64,000 nt of DNA from Fluviicoccus sp. (GTDB lineage Bacteria; Pseudomonadota; Gammaproteobacteria; Pseudomonadales; Moraxellaceae): contig NZ_JAUSMX010000027.1 of the NCBI RefSeq assembly GCF_030646115.1, positions 165,651-229,650 on the forward strand. The letters run 5' to 3'. The position numbers were made by a program, and so were the translations under genes. This document shows, in pieces, positions 49,785-59,045 of the stretch. Every line of letters begins with the position of its first letter. The stretch's first letter is position 1. The notes under the pieces were generated by a model. The model was not told the origin of the DNA, did not search any database, and saw only the letters and a program-made list of their open reading frames with translations.

Positions 49785-49878
49785 GCCGTCTGGGTTTCCC
49801 CCCGGACCTGTGCGGAAAGCTTGCGCCGCGCGGATAATTTCAGTATCAACAGCCCATATCCCACGTGAAGGATCGCCC

Positions 49879-51189
49879 ATGAAACATCTCCCCGTTCTCC
49901 TGAGCCTGCCGCTGCTATTCACGGCGTTGCCCGCCCTGTCCGATAGCGCCGAAAGCTTCGGCCGCGCCCAGACCGACAAGAACAGCTACGAAGCCCAGCG
50001 CGAGTGGCGGCAGCGCAACAGCAATTCCGTGCAGTTGCAGCAGGTCATCTTGCCGCAGCCCGACGGCCGCCCGCGCAGCAGCGACGAAGTTCAGGCCGAG
50101 CATGAACAGAAGCTGAAGGCCATGCTCGGCAAGTGGGATGACGGCCGCACCGCCCAACAGATGTCGGATGATCGTGACCGCGCTGATGCCGATGCCGTCA
50201 ACCAGTGGGTGCGCGACGAGTATCCCAAGTTCATCCGCAAGGCGCGCAAGCTGGTGCTGAAGGGCGAAGATAAATGGCAGTCTTTCCTGGCGGAGCTGGA
50301 CCGGAACGAGCGGAATTATCTGGAGTCAGGGAGTGTCGTCGTTCGGGATTCGCCGATGGCTGACTTTGGCTACGAGCTGTATGCCGGCGATGGCAAGCAT
50401 CCCGGCGAGACGGAAAAGGCCCTGCTGGTATGGAAGCGGGGTTCGGGTATTGATGATATGTGGTCGGCGTACGCCCTGGGCATGTACGAGGAAGGCAAGG
50501 GAACGCCCGAAGGTCTGGCGCAAGCCCTGCAATATTATCAGGAGTGTTATACCCGCAAGACCACGATGTTTTCCGCGCGCAATGCCTGCCGCCTGAAAGT
50601 GATCCGCGCCCACGCCTTCGGTCTGGGCACGCCGGTCAATCCGGGCCACGCCGCCGAGCTGTTGAAACGCATGCGTCAGGACGAAGAAGGGCTGTTCAAT
50701 CCCCGCAGGAGCCTTCGGAGCAAACCCTGGGCGGATGCCATCATGCTGGGCGCCCTGATGAACCGGTTGGGCATCGGCATGCCCAGAAACGAGGACTATG
50801 CCCGAAACCTGCTACGCACGGCGGTGCTGCCGGAAAGCCCCGACTCCTGGAGGCTGCTGACTGCGCTGCTGCGCGCCGGCGGTGATATCGAGGACAAGGC
50901 CGTCTCGTGGAACCTGCTGAAACAGGCCTATGTGGCCGGGCATACCGACGTGGGCGGCGAGATGGCGCTGAAACTGCTGGCAGGTGAAGGGGTCCCGGCA
51001 GATGTGGATGGTGCGTATGCGCTGGCGATGAGCCAGGCCGGGCTGGATCCGGCCGTGACCGCCCGTCTGGCGCGCGGCCTGATGGCGGCGGCCCCGGCCA
51101 AGGCCGTGGCGTTGCTGGATCGCCATGCGCTGCCGGAAGATGGTGAGTTGCAGGCCATGCTGACCGAGGCCAGGGCAGCGGCTCGCTGA
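49879..51189 (+). CDS. Exported Sel1-like repeat protein
   Basis: Signal peptide; ALGMYEEGKGTP..LAQALQYY, FGLGTPVN, GIGMPRNEDYA, GEGVPAD. Confidence 0.7.
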   Translation: MKHLPVLLSLPLLFTALPALSDSAESFGRAQTDKNSYEAQREWRQRNSNSVQLQQVILPQPDGRPRSSDEVQAEHEQKLKAMLGKWDDGRTAQQMSDDRDRADADAVNQWVRDEYPKFIRKARKLVLKGEDKWQSFLAELDRNERNYLESGSVVVRDSPMADFGYELYAGDGKHPGETEKALLVWKRGSGIDDMWSAYALGMYEEGKGTPEGLAQALQYYQECYTRKTTMFSARNACRLKVIRAHAFGLGTPVNPGHAAELLKRMRQDEEGLFNPRRSLRSKPWADAIMLGALMNRLGIGMPRNEDYARNLLRTAVLPESPDSWRLLTALLRAGGDIEDKAVSWNLLKQAYVAGHTDVGGEMALKLLAGEGVPADVDGAYALAMSQAGLDPAVTARLARGLMAAAPAKAVALLDRHALPEDGELQAMLTEARAAAR

Positions 51190-51268
51190 GCAGTGGTGCC
51201 TTGCGCAACGGTCATGATGCCCGGCCGTCCGCGTCTTGCTTGGCCGGGCATCATTTCAGGAGAAAGTC

Positions 51269-51940
51269 ATGACCGCCTATTACGGCTTCATCCCCACCGA
51301 TGTCGTCCGCGCGGAAATCCTCGACCTGCTGGCCAAGCTGGCGAAGTCGTCTTCCACACCGCTCTACCCGCAGTCCAACCGCTTGGCCGGGGTCCTGACA
51401 GACGATGTCATCGACAACCTGCTGTTGTTGTTGGTCAAGGCCCTGCAGCAAGCCGGGGGCGAGGGGCATGGCCTGATGCTGTTCCTGGGCGGTTTCATCA
51501 AGACCACCATGCACGGCCTGCTGAAGGTGATGCTGGGCAGTCCCGGCAATGCCGAGGTGGACCGCCGCACCGACTTCATCCGCGCCGTGTTCCTGAGCCT
51601 GCCGCAACAGCCGCCGCGCATCGGTTTTGCGATGCCGGAAGACCTTTACCGGCGCTTCATGAACGCCTTTGACGAAATTGACGCCGGACGCGGCAAGGCA
51701 CAGACGGCCGTCTTGGTGCAGGCGTTCGCGGAATTCACCGACCAGGCGCTGATCCATTTCTACGACGGCTTTGTGGACCGGCTGAATCTGGGTTTCCTGC
51801 TGAAGAAGGGGGCTTCGGTGGCGCGGGGGCAGATGAAGGCGCAAAGCACGGCCACCTTCGGCAAGATGATTCCGGCCCTGAGCCAGGCGGAGCTGAAGGC
51901 GCTGAGCGACTACCTGCGGCAGCGGATGGTCAACAGTTAG
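51269..51940 (+). CDS. Hypothetical all-helical protein
   Basis: CAGGAG RBS; two-fold internal similarity; host-like codon usage. Confidence 0.75.
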   Translation: MTAYYGFIPTDVVRAEILDLLAKLAKSSSTPLYPQSNRLAGVLTDDVIDNLLLLLVKALQQAGGEGHGLMLFLGGFIKTTMHGLLKVMLGSPGNAEVDRRTDFIRAVFLSLPQQPPRIGFAMPEDLYRRFMNAFDEIDAGRGKAQTAVLVQAFAEFTDQALIHFYDGFVDRLNLGFLLKKGASVARGQMKAQSTATFGKMIPALSQAELKALSDYLRQRMVNS

Positions 51941-52049
51941 TGATTCGGCAATCGGGGCCCTTGATCGGAAAACGGCCTGAAAGTTGCTAGGAATATCTGT
52001 TGGCGGTCTTTCCGGCCGCCGGCGATTCCTTCTTCAGGGTACCGACCAC

Positions 52050-54341
52050 ATGGCGCATTCCCCCTCGTTAATGGCGAAACTTCCCGCCAGGGCAACGGAT
52101 GCCACCCTCACCCCGGCCTTGGCGATGCAGCTGCCGCAGGCCCAGAACCCTGACGCCGCCGAGCAGGCGGCCGGTTTTGGCCGCTGGTGGCTGGATGTGC
52201 GAAGCGGTCAGTTCCTGTTGTCCTCAGGTGCGGCGCAACTGCTGGAAGTGATGGCGGGATGGTATGAGCATCTGGACAGCGCCCTGACCCATGTTGTGGC
52301 TGACGACAGGGCCAAAGTGCTGTCTGCGCTCCACGGTGAGGCAGCCGGGCCTGATGATTGTGAATTCCGCATCATCCACGCGCTGGACGGCCTGCGCTGG
52401 CTGCGGCTGACACCCTTGCCGCCCATCCCTTTACAACCCACCCTCAAAACCGGCGTGCTGGTGGATGTGACCACGGCCCGTCTGGCGCAAATGCGTGAGC
52501 ACTTCAGCCTGGAGTCCAGCCGTTTCCTGGTGGGGGCGAATTCGCTGGGCAAGGCCATCACCAAGGTGATCCAGCTGGTGTGCGAGAACCTGGGCTGGGA
52601 ATGGGGGGCGTACTGGGCGCTGGAGCAGCACCCGATGGGCGCGCACAAGCTGGTCTGCAAGTACTTCTGGCACTCCCCGGAATACGATCTCACCGCGTTT
52701 ACCCGCGCCAGCAGCATCCTGCGCATGGGGCCGGGAGAAGGGCTGATCGGCAATGTCTGGCGCACCGCCCGGCCCACCTGGGTGGAGGACATGGCGAATG
52801 ACCGCCATTTCCTGCGGCGTGACGGCGCCCGTAGTTGCGGACTGATATCGGGTTATGCCTTCCCGGTGTCGTACATGACCGCCGACGGTCGCCGCCACAG
52901 CCCCGGCGTCATGGAGTTCTTCAGCCAGTGCTCGCGGCAGCGGGAAGCGCAGCTGCCCGCGCTGGCCTCGGTGATTGGCGCGCTGGTGGCGCAGGCCGTG
53001 CAGCGTCTGGAGCAGCAGGAAAGCATCCGCAAGCTGTCCCAAGTGGATGACCTGACCGGACTGGCCAACCGCAACCATTTTAACCAGCGGCTGGATGCGG
53101 CCTGCCTGGACGCCACCGCCACCGGCGTGCCCTTCGGCGTGCTTTTCATTGACCTGGACCGCTTCAAGCCCATCAACGATGCCTTTGGCCATGACGCCGG
53201 TAACGCGGTGCTGCGCGAATTTGCGCAGCGTCTGCAAAAGCTGGCCCCGGAGGGCTGTACGGTGGGGCGGCTGGGCGGTGATGAGTTTGCCATGGTCTCC
53301 GGGCCTGCCGAGTCGGTGTCGCTGTTGCGGGTGCTGGCGGAACGGGTTCTGCTGGCGGCCTGCACCCCGTTCTGGTTTGGCGGGCAGGAGCTGACGGTGT
53401 CCGCCAGCGTTGGCATCAGCCTGTTTCCCGACAACGGCTGGACCGGGGCGGAGCTGATGCGCAGCGCCGACGCCGCCATGTACCGCAGCAAGCAGAACGG
53501 CCGCAACGCCCTGAATTTTGTCTCCGACCGCGCCTCCGCCGACCTGGCCGAACAGCAGTCTTCGCTGGCGCAACAATTGACCATGGAAGCCGAGCTGCAC
53601 CATGCCCTGATCAAGCAGGAATTCTTCCTGGAGTATCAGCCGGTGTTCGATTTCGGCCGCTCCGGGCAGCGCATGGTGGCGGTGGAGGCGCTGATCCGCT
53701 GGCGGCGCGCCAACGGTGAGCTGGTGTCGCCGGAGGTGTTCATTCCCATTGCCGAGCACAGCCGCCTGATTCTGCAGATTGGCCGCTGGGTGATGGAGCA
53801 GGCCTGCCGCGACCTGGCCCTGCTGCACCGGGCCGGGTTTGCCGACCTGCAGGTGAACATCAACATGGCAGCGCCGGAATTCGTCAACGGACGGCTGCCG
53901 TCGGAACTGATGGTGTTGACCGAGGCCTGCGGCATTGCCCCGCATCAGGTGTGCCTGGAGATGACCGAGGGCATGGTGATGAAGCAGCCCGACAAGCTGA
54001 TTCCAGTGATGGGCCTGTTGCGGCAGCTGGGTTTCAAGATCAGCCTCGATTCCTTCGGCATGGGCCATTCGTCATTGTCGCGGCTGAAGGAGCTGCCGGT
54101 GTCGTACCTGAAGATTGACCGCTCGTTCATTCGCGGCATTCCCCAGGACCGGGGGGACAAGGCGATTGTGCGGACGCTGCTGGACCTGGGCCGCCATATG
54201 GGGGTGCCGGTGATTGCGGAAGGCGTGGAGACGGATGCGCAGTTCGGGTTCTTGCGGCAGTTCGGCTGCACGCTGATTCAGGGTTTTGTGCTGAGCAGGC
54301 CGAAGGGGGTGGCGGAGCTGGCAGATGAGTGTTCCCGCTAA
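52050..54341 (+). CDS. PAS/GAF-GGDEF-EAL protein
   Basis: DDLTGLANR, DLDRFKPIND, LGGDEF, VEALIRW, LEMTE, SLDSFGMG, LKIDRSF, AEGVET. Confidence 0.93.
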   Translation: MAHSPSLMAKLPARATDATLTPALAMQLPQAQNPDAAEQAAGFGRWWLDVRSGQFLLSSGAAQLLEVMAGWYEHLDSALTHVVADDRAKVLSALHGEAAGPDDCEFRIIHALDGLRWLRLTPLPPIPLQPTLKTGVLVDVTTARLAQMREHFSLESSRFLVGANSLGKAITKVIQLVCENLGWEWGAYWALEQHPMGAHKLVCKYFWHSPEYDLTAFTRASSILRMGPGEGLIGNVWRTARPTWVEDMANDRHFLRRDGARSCGLISGYAFPVSYMTADGRRHSPGVMEFFSQCSRQREAQLPALASVIGALVAQAVQRLEQQESIRKLSQVDDLTGLANRNHFNQRLDAACLDATATGVPFGVLFIDLDRFKPINDAFGHDAGNAVLREFAQRLQKLAPEGCTVGRLGGDEFAMVSGPAESVSLLRVLAERVLLAACTPFWFGGQELTVSASVGISLFPDNGWTGAELMRSADAAMYRSKQNGRNALNFVSDRASADLAEQQSSLAQQLTMEAELHHALIKQEFFLEYQPVFDFGRSGQRMVAVEALIRWRRANGELVSPEVFIPIAEHSRLILQIGRWVMEQACRDLALLHRAGFADLQVNINMAAPEFVNGRLPSELMVLTEACGIAPHQVCLEMTEGMVMKQPDKLIPVMGLLRQLGFKISLDSFGMGHSSLSRLKELPVSYLKIDRSFIRGIPQDRGDKAIVRTLLDLGRHMGVPVIAEGVETDAQFGFLRQFGCTLIQGFVLSRPKGVAELADECSR

Positions 54342-54381
54342 CGGGCTTGCGCTATAGTACCCGGCAACCCCACTTTTCAGG

Positions 54382-55374
54382 ATGGAGCCTCCCATGACCG
54401 ATCATCGCGCCGCCGCACTGCTGCTGGGCGTTTCCCTGGCGTTGCATGCGCCGTCATCCCCGGCGGCTGAAGAGGCGGCGGAATCCAGCGGCGACAAGGG
54501 ACTGCCGATGATGGTGCTGGGCTTGGTGGCCAAGCCCTTCATCGACGGCATGATCGGCAAGTTCTACAACTGGTTCGGCCAGAAAACCGGCGTGCCGATG
54601 ACCGGCCCGCTGCCCGGTGACTGCGGCGACGCCTGCATCAGCGGCTTGCAGCCCGGTCAAGCCAACGCCGGTTTTGCCCCCTCCGCTTCCACGCCGAACA
54701 CCGGCGCCTCCGATCGCGGATACAACAGCGCCAATACCGCCAGCCGCCAGGCCGCCTTTGGCATGGCGGTGGGCGCGTGGGTAAAGCCGCCGCGCATGCC
54801 CGCCGCCGAGGCCGACCTGGAACTGCCGCAGTTGTGGAAAAAGTCGTCGAGCGGGCAGGGCACCGAGTACACCCAGGTCAAGCTGTCGATCCTGCTGACC
54901 GACGGCGGGCTGGTGGCAGTAGGGGTGCAGGATGAAGGCCGCCCGGTGCAACTGCGCGATACCTTCATTGTCGGCAAGGGCCATGACGGCAACGGCCCCA
55001 CCGTGGCGCTGTTCCCGATTCCCGGTGAGAAGCGCGTCGAGGTGATCCGCATCAAGCCGACGCTGCCGCGCGAGACGTTGCAGGTCTATGTGCTGCCCTG
55101 CCAGGTCAGCAACGACACCCGTGGCGCGGATGTCGGCGAGGGCAGCGAGGAATGGCAGGACTTGCAGACGCAGCTGCCTTCCGCCCCGCCGCAGTTCCGC
55201 CTCAGCCGGGTGAGCGCTTGCCCCAACACCGGCGATGTCAGCTGGCCCGAGATCTACGCGACGGCCAAGCCGCTGGCGGCCTCCGCCCATGACAAGCGCC
55301 TGTACGGCACGATTGGCGTGGTGGAAGCGGGGCAGTGGTACCGCCTCGACATTCCCTACGCCACCGGACTGTAA
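54382..55374 (+). CDS. Exported hypothetical protein
   Basis: Signal-like N-terminus; stop 2 nt before the caspase ATG. Confidence 0.75.
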   Translation: MEPPMTDHRAAALLLGVSLALHAPSSPAAEEAAESSGDKGLPMMVLGLVAKPFIDGMIGKFYNWFGQKTGVPMTGPLPGDCGDACISGLQPGQANAGFAPSASTPNTGASDRGYNSANTASRQAAFGMAVGAWVKPPRMPAAEADLELPQLWKKSSSGQGTEYTQVKLSILLTDGGLVAVGVQDEGRPVQLRDTFIVGKGHDGNGPTVALFPIPGEKRVEVIRIKPTLPRETLQVYVLPCQVSNDTRGADVGEGSEEWQDLQTQLPSAPPQFRLSRVSACPNTGDVSWPEIYATAKPLAASAHDKRLYGTIGVVEAGQWYRLDIPYATGL

Positions 55375-55376
55375 GC

Positions 55377-56996
55377 ATGCAGCGCCTATTTCATCGCCGG
55401 GCGGCGCTGTGCGCACTGGCCCTGCTGGTTTCCGGCTGGCAAGCCCCCGCCCAGGCCGCCGCGCGCGCGCTGGTGGTGGGCATCAAGGATTACGCCTACT
55501 GGAGCCGCTTGCAGAACTCGCGCAATGACGCCGAGGACATGGCGCAGACCTTGCGTGACCTGGGTTTCGAGACGACGCTGCTGGTGCGCGACGGGCAGGG
55601 CGAAGTGGACAGTGAGCGTCTGCGCGCCGCCGTGGCGCAATTCAGCCGGGATCTTCGCCCCGATGACCGGGTGGTTTTCTTCTACTCCGGCCATGGCGCG
55701 GCGGTGCCCGACGGCGCGGGCAGCACGGAAGGTTACCTGATTCCCGCCAATGCCCCGGCCCCCGGACGCAGCAACAAGCAGGCCATCCGTGACAGCGCGG
55801 TTGCCCTCAAGGGTATCGCCGAGAGCCTCGGCAACCGCATTGACCCCGACACCGGCTCCATCCTGTTCCTGATTGACGCCTGCCGCAACGAGGTGGTCAA
55901 CAAGGGCGCCGACGTGGTGGAGGAGTCCACCCCCAGCCAGCCGCTGACCAAGCAAGTCGAGGTGATCTACGCCACCTCCAACGGCAGCACCTCGCTGGAC
56001 AAGCTGCCCGGCGACAACGCCCCGCGCAACAACGGTGTGTTCACCCGTGTCGCCATCGAAGAGCTGCGCCGCCACAAGGATAATCCGGGCTACTCCTCAG
56101 ATGCCTTTTTCCCGGCGGTGAAGAGCCGGGCGCTGCAACTGGCCAAGGCGGCAGGTAAAAGCCAGGTGCCTGCGTGGATGAACGACACCGGCAAGGAGTC
56201 CTTTGTCTTCGTGCCCTGTCCTGCCGGGCAGGCCTGCAATGTGCTGGTGGATAACCGGGTGACGGTCAACGCCCCGCCGTCGGCGGACCAGCTGTTCTGG
56301 GAATCGGTCAAGGACTCCACCGACGCCGGAGACTACGCGGCCTACCTCAAGCAGTACCCGCAGGGCGCGTTTGCGGCGCTGGCCGAGGCGCGCCGCGACA
56401 AGTACCAGCCCTCATCCGGCCACTCAGTGCTGGACTCGCTGCGCCTGCCGGAAAAGCCGTCGGTGCAGGACTTGCAGCAGGAGCGCGAACGCAACCCCGG
56501 CGGCACCAGTATTTATGACGCCCTCAGCCTGAAGACCGACAAGCCGGGCAGCCGGGTGGAAGCCTTGCGCCTGCCGGAAGGCGACGGCTGCAGCAAGTTG
56601 GTGCTGGACCTGAATCGTGGCCGCCTGAACGGCCTGCCGCCCACCCTCAGCCAGTCGCAGGTCAAGCAGGCGCTGCCATGTTTCACCGGCGACACCCCTG
56701 ACGGCGAGGTCTACAACTACGGCGGCGGCGTGTTCTTTCTTGACCACGACTTCTTCATGTACACCGGCAAGGATTTCATCGAGGTGCGCGCAGACTTCAA
56801 GGGCAGCATCACCCCGGCGCTGCTGGGCAAGAGCGACGACGAAGTGACGGCGATCTACGGCCAGCCGTCTGCCGTGGAGTCAGGGCGGCTGTATTTCACC
56901 ACGGCCTACGGCTGCCTGCGTTTCACCTTCGGCAGCCAGGGCGTGCGCGAAATCCGCGTGCATGCGGCCTCGTGCGAGGCGGCGGGGAATATCTAG
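55377..56996 (+). CDS. Exported caspase-family (C14) protein with unknown C-terminal domain
   Basis: Signal peptide; ALVVGIKDY, LQNSRNDA, FFYSGHG, LIDACRN; DQLFWESV...YLKQYPQGAFA linker. Confidence 0.87.
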   Translation: MQRLFHRRAALCALALLVSGWQAPAQAAARALVVGIKDYAYWSRLQNSRNDAEDMAQTLRDLGFETTLLVRDGQGEVDSERLRAAVAQFSRDLRPDDRVVFFYSGHGAAVPDGAGSTEGYLIPANAPAPGRSNKQAIRDSAVALKGIAESLGNRIDPDTGSILFLIDACRNEVVNKGADVVEESTPSQPLTKQVEVIYATSNGSTSLDKLPGDNAPRNNGVFTRVAIEELRRHKDNPGYSSDAFFPAVKSRALQLAKAAGKSQVPAWMNDTGKESFVFVPCPAGQACNVLVDNRVTVNAPPSADQLFWESVKDSTDAGDYAAYLKQYPQGAFAALAEARRDKYQPSSGHSVLDSLRLPEKPSVQDLQQERERNPGGTSIYDALSLKTDKPGSRVEALRLPEGDGCSKLVLDLNRGRLNGLPPTLSQSQVKQALPCFTGDTPDGEVYNYGGGVFFLDHDFFMYTGKDFIEVRADFKGSITPALLGKSDDEVTAIYGQPSAVESGRLYFTTAYGCLRFTFGSQGVREIRVHAASCEAAGNI

Positions 56997-57055
56997 GGAG
57001 TAGGGTGACGGGGTCAGGGCGGCGTCGGCTGCCCCCTGATCCCGGTTGGCAAACC

Positions 57056-58063
57056 TTACAAGCCCAGCAGTTTTTCCAGCTTCGCCAGCAACTTCGCCCC
57101 CATGCCTTTCACCTTCAGTAAATCGGTCAGCGCCGCGTAGGGGCGCCCGGCCACAATCGCCGCGGCCAGCTTCGCCCCCACACCCTTCACGGTTGCCAAG
57201 GCCTCAAGACTGGCGGTATTGATCGAAACCCTGGCTTTCTTGACGGGAACATCGGCCTCAGCCTGTTCCGGCGCGGTCGTCGAGACGTTGACCGCCGCCA
57301 CCTCGGCCTCTGCCTTGACCGGCAAGGCCGTTTCGGATTCAGCCGTTGCGGCCACAGGCATCACGACCGGCAGTGTCTGGTAATCCCGCGTCAGCAGGCC
57401 GCCGCCGGTCCATTCCCGCAGCATCGCCGTCAGTTCCCATTCGCCTTCCAGCTCAAGCGCCAGCGGCAGCGTCACCACCTGTTCTGCCAGGGCGGCCTGA
57501 CCGGCCAGCTGCCCCAGATCATGGTGCCCCAGCAGCACGCCGGTAAACGCGCCGCCCTGATAAGGCTGCGGCAGGGCCCACAAGGCCACGCTCAGGCTGC
57601 CGCTGAGCGAGCCGTCCGGACGCGGGTTGAAGACACCCGGCACCGTCAGCCGGATTTCGCCGTCGAGAAGCTCCGCACTGACCGTACCGGTCAGTTGCGG
57701 CAGGTCAAACACGGTCGGGCTGGGAAACAGGATCTGGTCATGTTCAATCAGGCCGGGACCGCCCATTTCGACCACAAGCAGGCTTAGCACATAGGAAAAA
57801 CCTCCGGCCGGGAGCGAGAGCGGTGCGTATCCCTGCACCGTCATCAGGCCGCTTCCGTCGGGGGAGGACGCCAAAACGGGCAGCTCGGCCAGCTTGATGG
57901 TGATGGCTGCGTCATCTTCGCGCTTGGCCCACAGTTGCAGGGCCAGCGGGGAGCAGGCGCCGGAGGTTGGCAGGGACAGCTCGGCCTGCAGGTAAACCTG
58001 ATCGTCCTGGAGGGCATAGGACTGTTGGCCTGCAAAGCATACCGCGAACGGAGTGATGGTCAT
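57056..58063 (-). CDS. Protein with duplicated beta-rich domains and C-terminal ComEA-like HhH
   Basis: LALQLWA / LSVALWA duplicated motif; VSINTAS...VKGVG...VKGMG. Confidence 0.75.
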   Translation of the reverse strand: MTITPFAVCFAGQQSYALQDDQVYLQAELSLPTSGACSPLALQLWAKREDDAAITIKLAELPVLASSPDGSGLMTVQGYAPLSLPAGGFSYVLSLLVVEMGGPGLIEHDQILFPSPTVFDLPQLTGTVSAELLDGEIRLTVPGVFNPRPDGSLSGSLSVALWALPQPYQGGAFTGVLLGHHDLGQLAGQAALAEQVVTLPLALELEGEWELTAMLREWTGGGLLTRDYQTLPVVMPVAATAESETALPVKAEAEVAAVNVSTTAPEQAEADVPVKKARVSINTASLEALATVKGVGAKLAAAIVAGRPYAALTDLLKVKGMGAKLLAKLEKLLGL

Positions 58064-58411
58064 GTCGGGGATTCCAAAGTGGTGAAAACGGGGATTCAGC
58101 CCGCCGGATGACTTGTCCGGGGACCAATATTGTTGAAAGCGGCCTGAGCCTTGACGGGGTAAGCAGGGCTGGGTTGATGAGATGAAGCAAATGTTGTGCC
58201 GGGGTGGCCAGTGCTTTGAAAAGGGGAGGCCATTTGCTTAGGCGGCGGTTCTCTGCTGTAAGCGGTCTGCGTTTCCCTGCCGTTACACAAAAAACAAAAC
58301 GTATAGCTTTTGTCCACCACAAATGATGCGACATCGCTCTATTGTGTATAGGACAAACGGTGAATAAATTCTGTATTCACTGTCTTTTTCCCATAAGCAA
58401 TTGAGGTAGCC

Positions 58412-58972
58412 ATGTCCCTTGTCCGTCTGTGCTATGTAAGCCGCGCCACCTTCAAACCGTATACGGTGGACGGAATGGACCAACAAGTCGCAGGGATTCT
58501 GTCGCAGTCACGCACCAACAACCAGAAGCGTGATCTGGTGGGTGCGCTTTATTACGCCAACGGCGTGTTCTTTCAGTGCCTGGAAGGCGAGGAGTCGGCG
58601 GTCAGCCATTTGCTGGAGAGGCTGCGTCAGGACAGCCGTCATCAGGATTTGCAGGTGTTGAGCAAGACACCCATCAAGGTGAGGGAATTTCAGGATTGGG
58701 AAATGAAATTTGCGATGCTGGACCGGGAGATCCGCCAGTTCATGCGTGAGCAGCAATTGGGCAAGTTTGACCCTTACAAGTTCACGCCCGCGATGACCGA
58801 AGCGCTGGTGAAGGTGCTGCTGGCGGCGCAGGATGTGGACAGCGAGCGTCTGGAAAGCGTGGCCGGGCAGTTGCCGCCGCCGCAGGCGGTGAGTGTATTC
58901 CGGCAGCCGGTGTTTTTGCTGATGGCGGGTTTTCTGGCCGGAGCGTCAGTGGTGGGGATTTTCGGGGGTTGA
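58412..58972 (+). CDS. BLUF blue-light sensor protein
   Basis: LCYVS, ILSQSRTNN, GALYY..GVFFQCLEG, DSRH, WEM. Confidence 0.92.
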   Translation: MSLVRLCYVSRATFKPYTVDGMDQQVAGILSQSRTNNQKRDLVGALYYANGVFFQCLEGEESAVSHLLERLRQDSRHQDLQVLSKTPIKVREFQDWEMKFAMLDREIRQFMREQQLGKFDPYKFTPAMTEALVKVLLAAQDVDSERLESVAGQLPPPQAVSVFRQPVFLLMAGFLAGASVVGIFGG

Positions 58973-59045
58973 GCGCTGCGGCCTTCGATGGGGCGTCAGC
59001 GCGGTTGCCTGATCACCCCTCCCGGTTGCATGCTGACCGCCTTCC

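Noticed and set aside
58060-58411. Long intergenic region with inverted repeats, considered as a riboswitch or sRNA
   Set aside because: No recognisable riboswitch consensus; more simply divergent promoter and operator DNA
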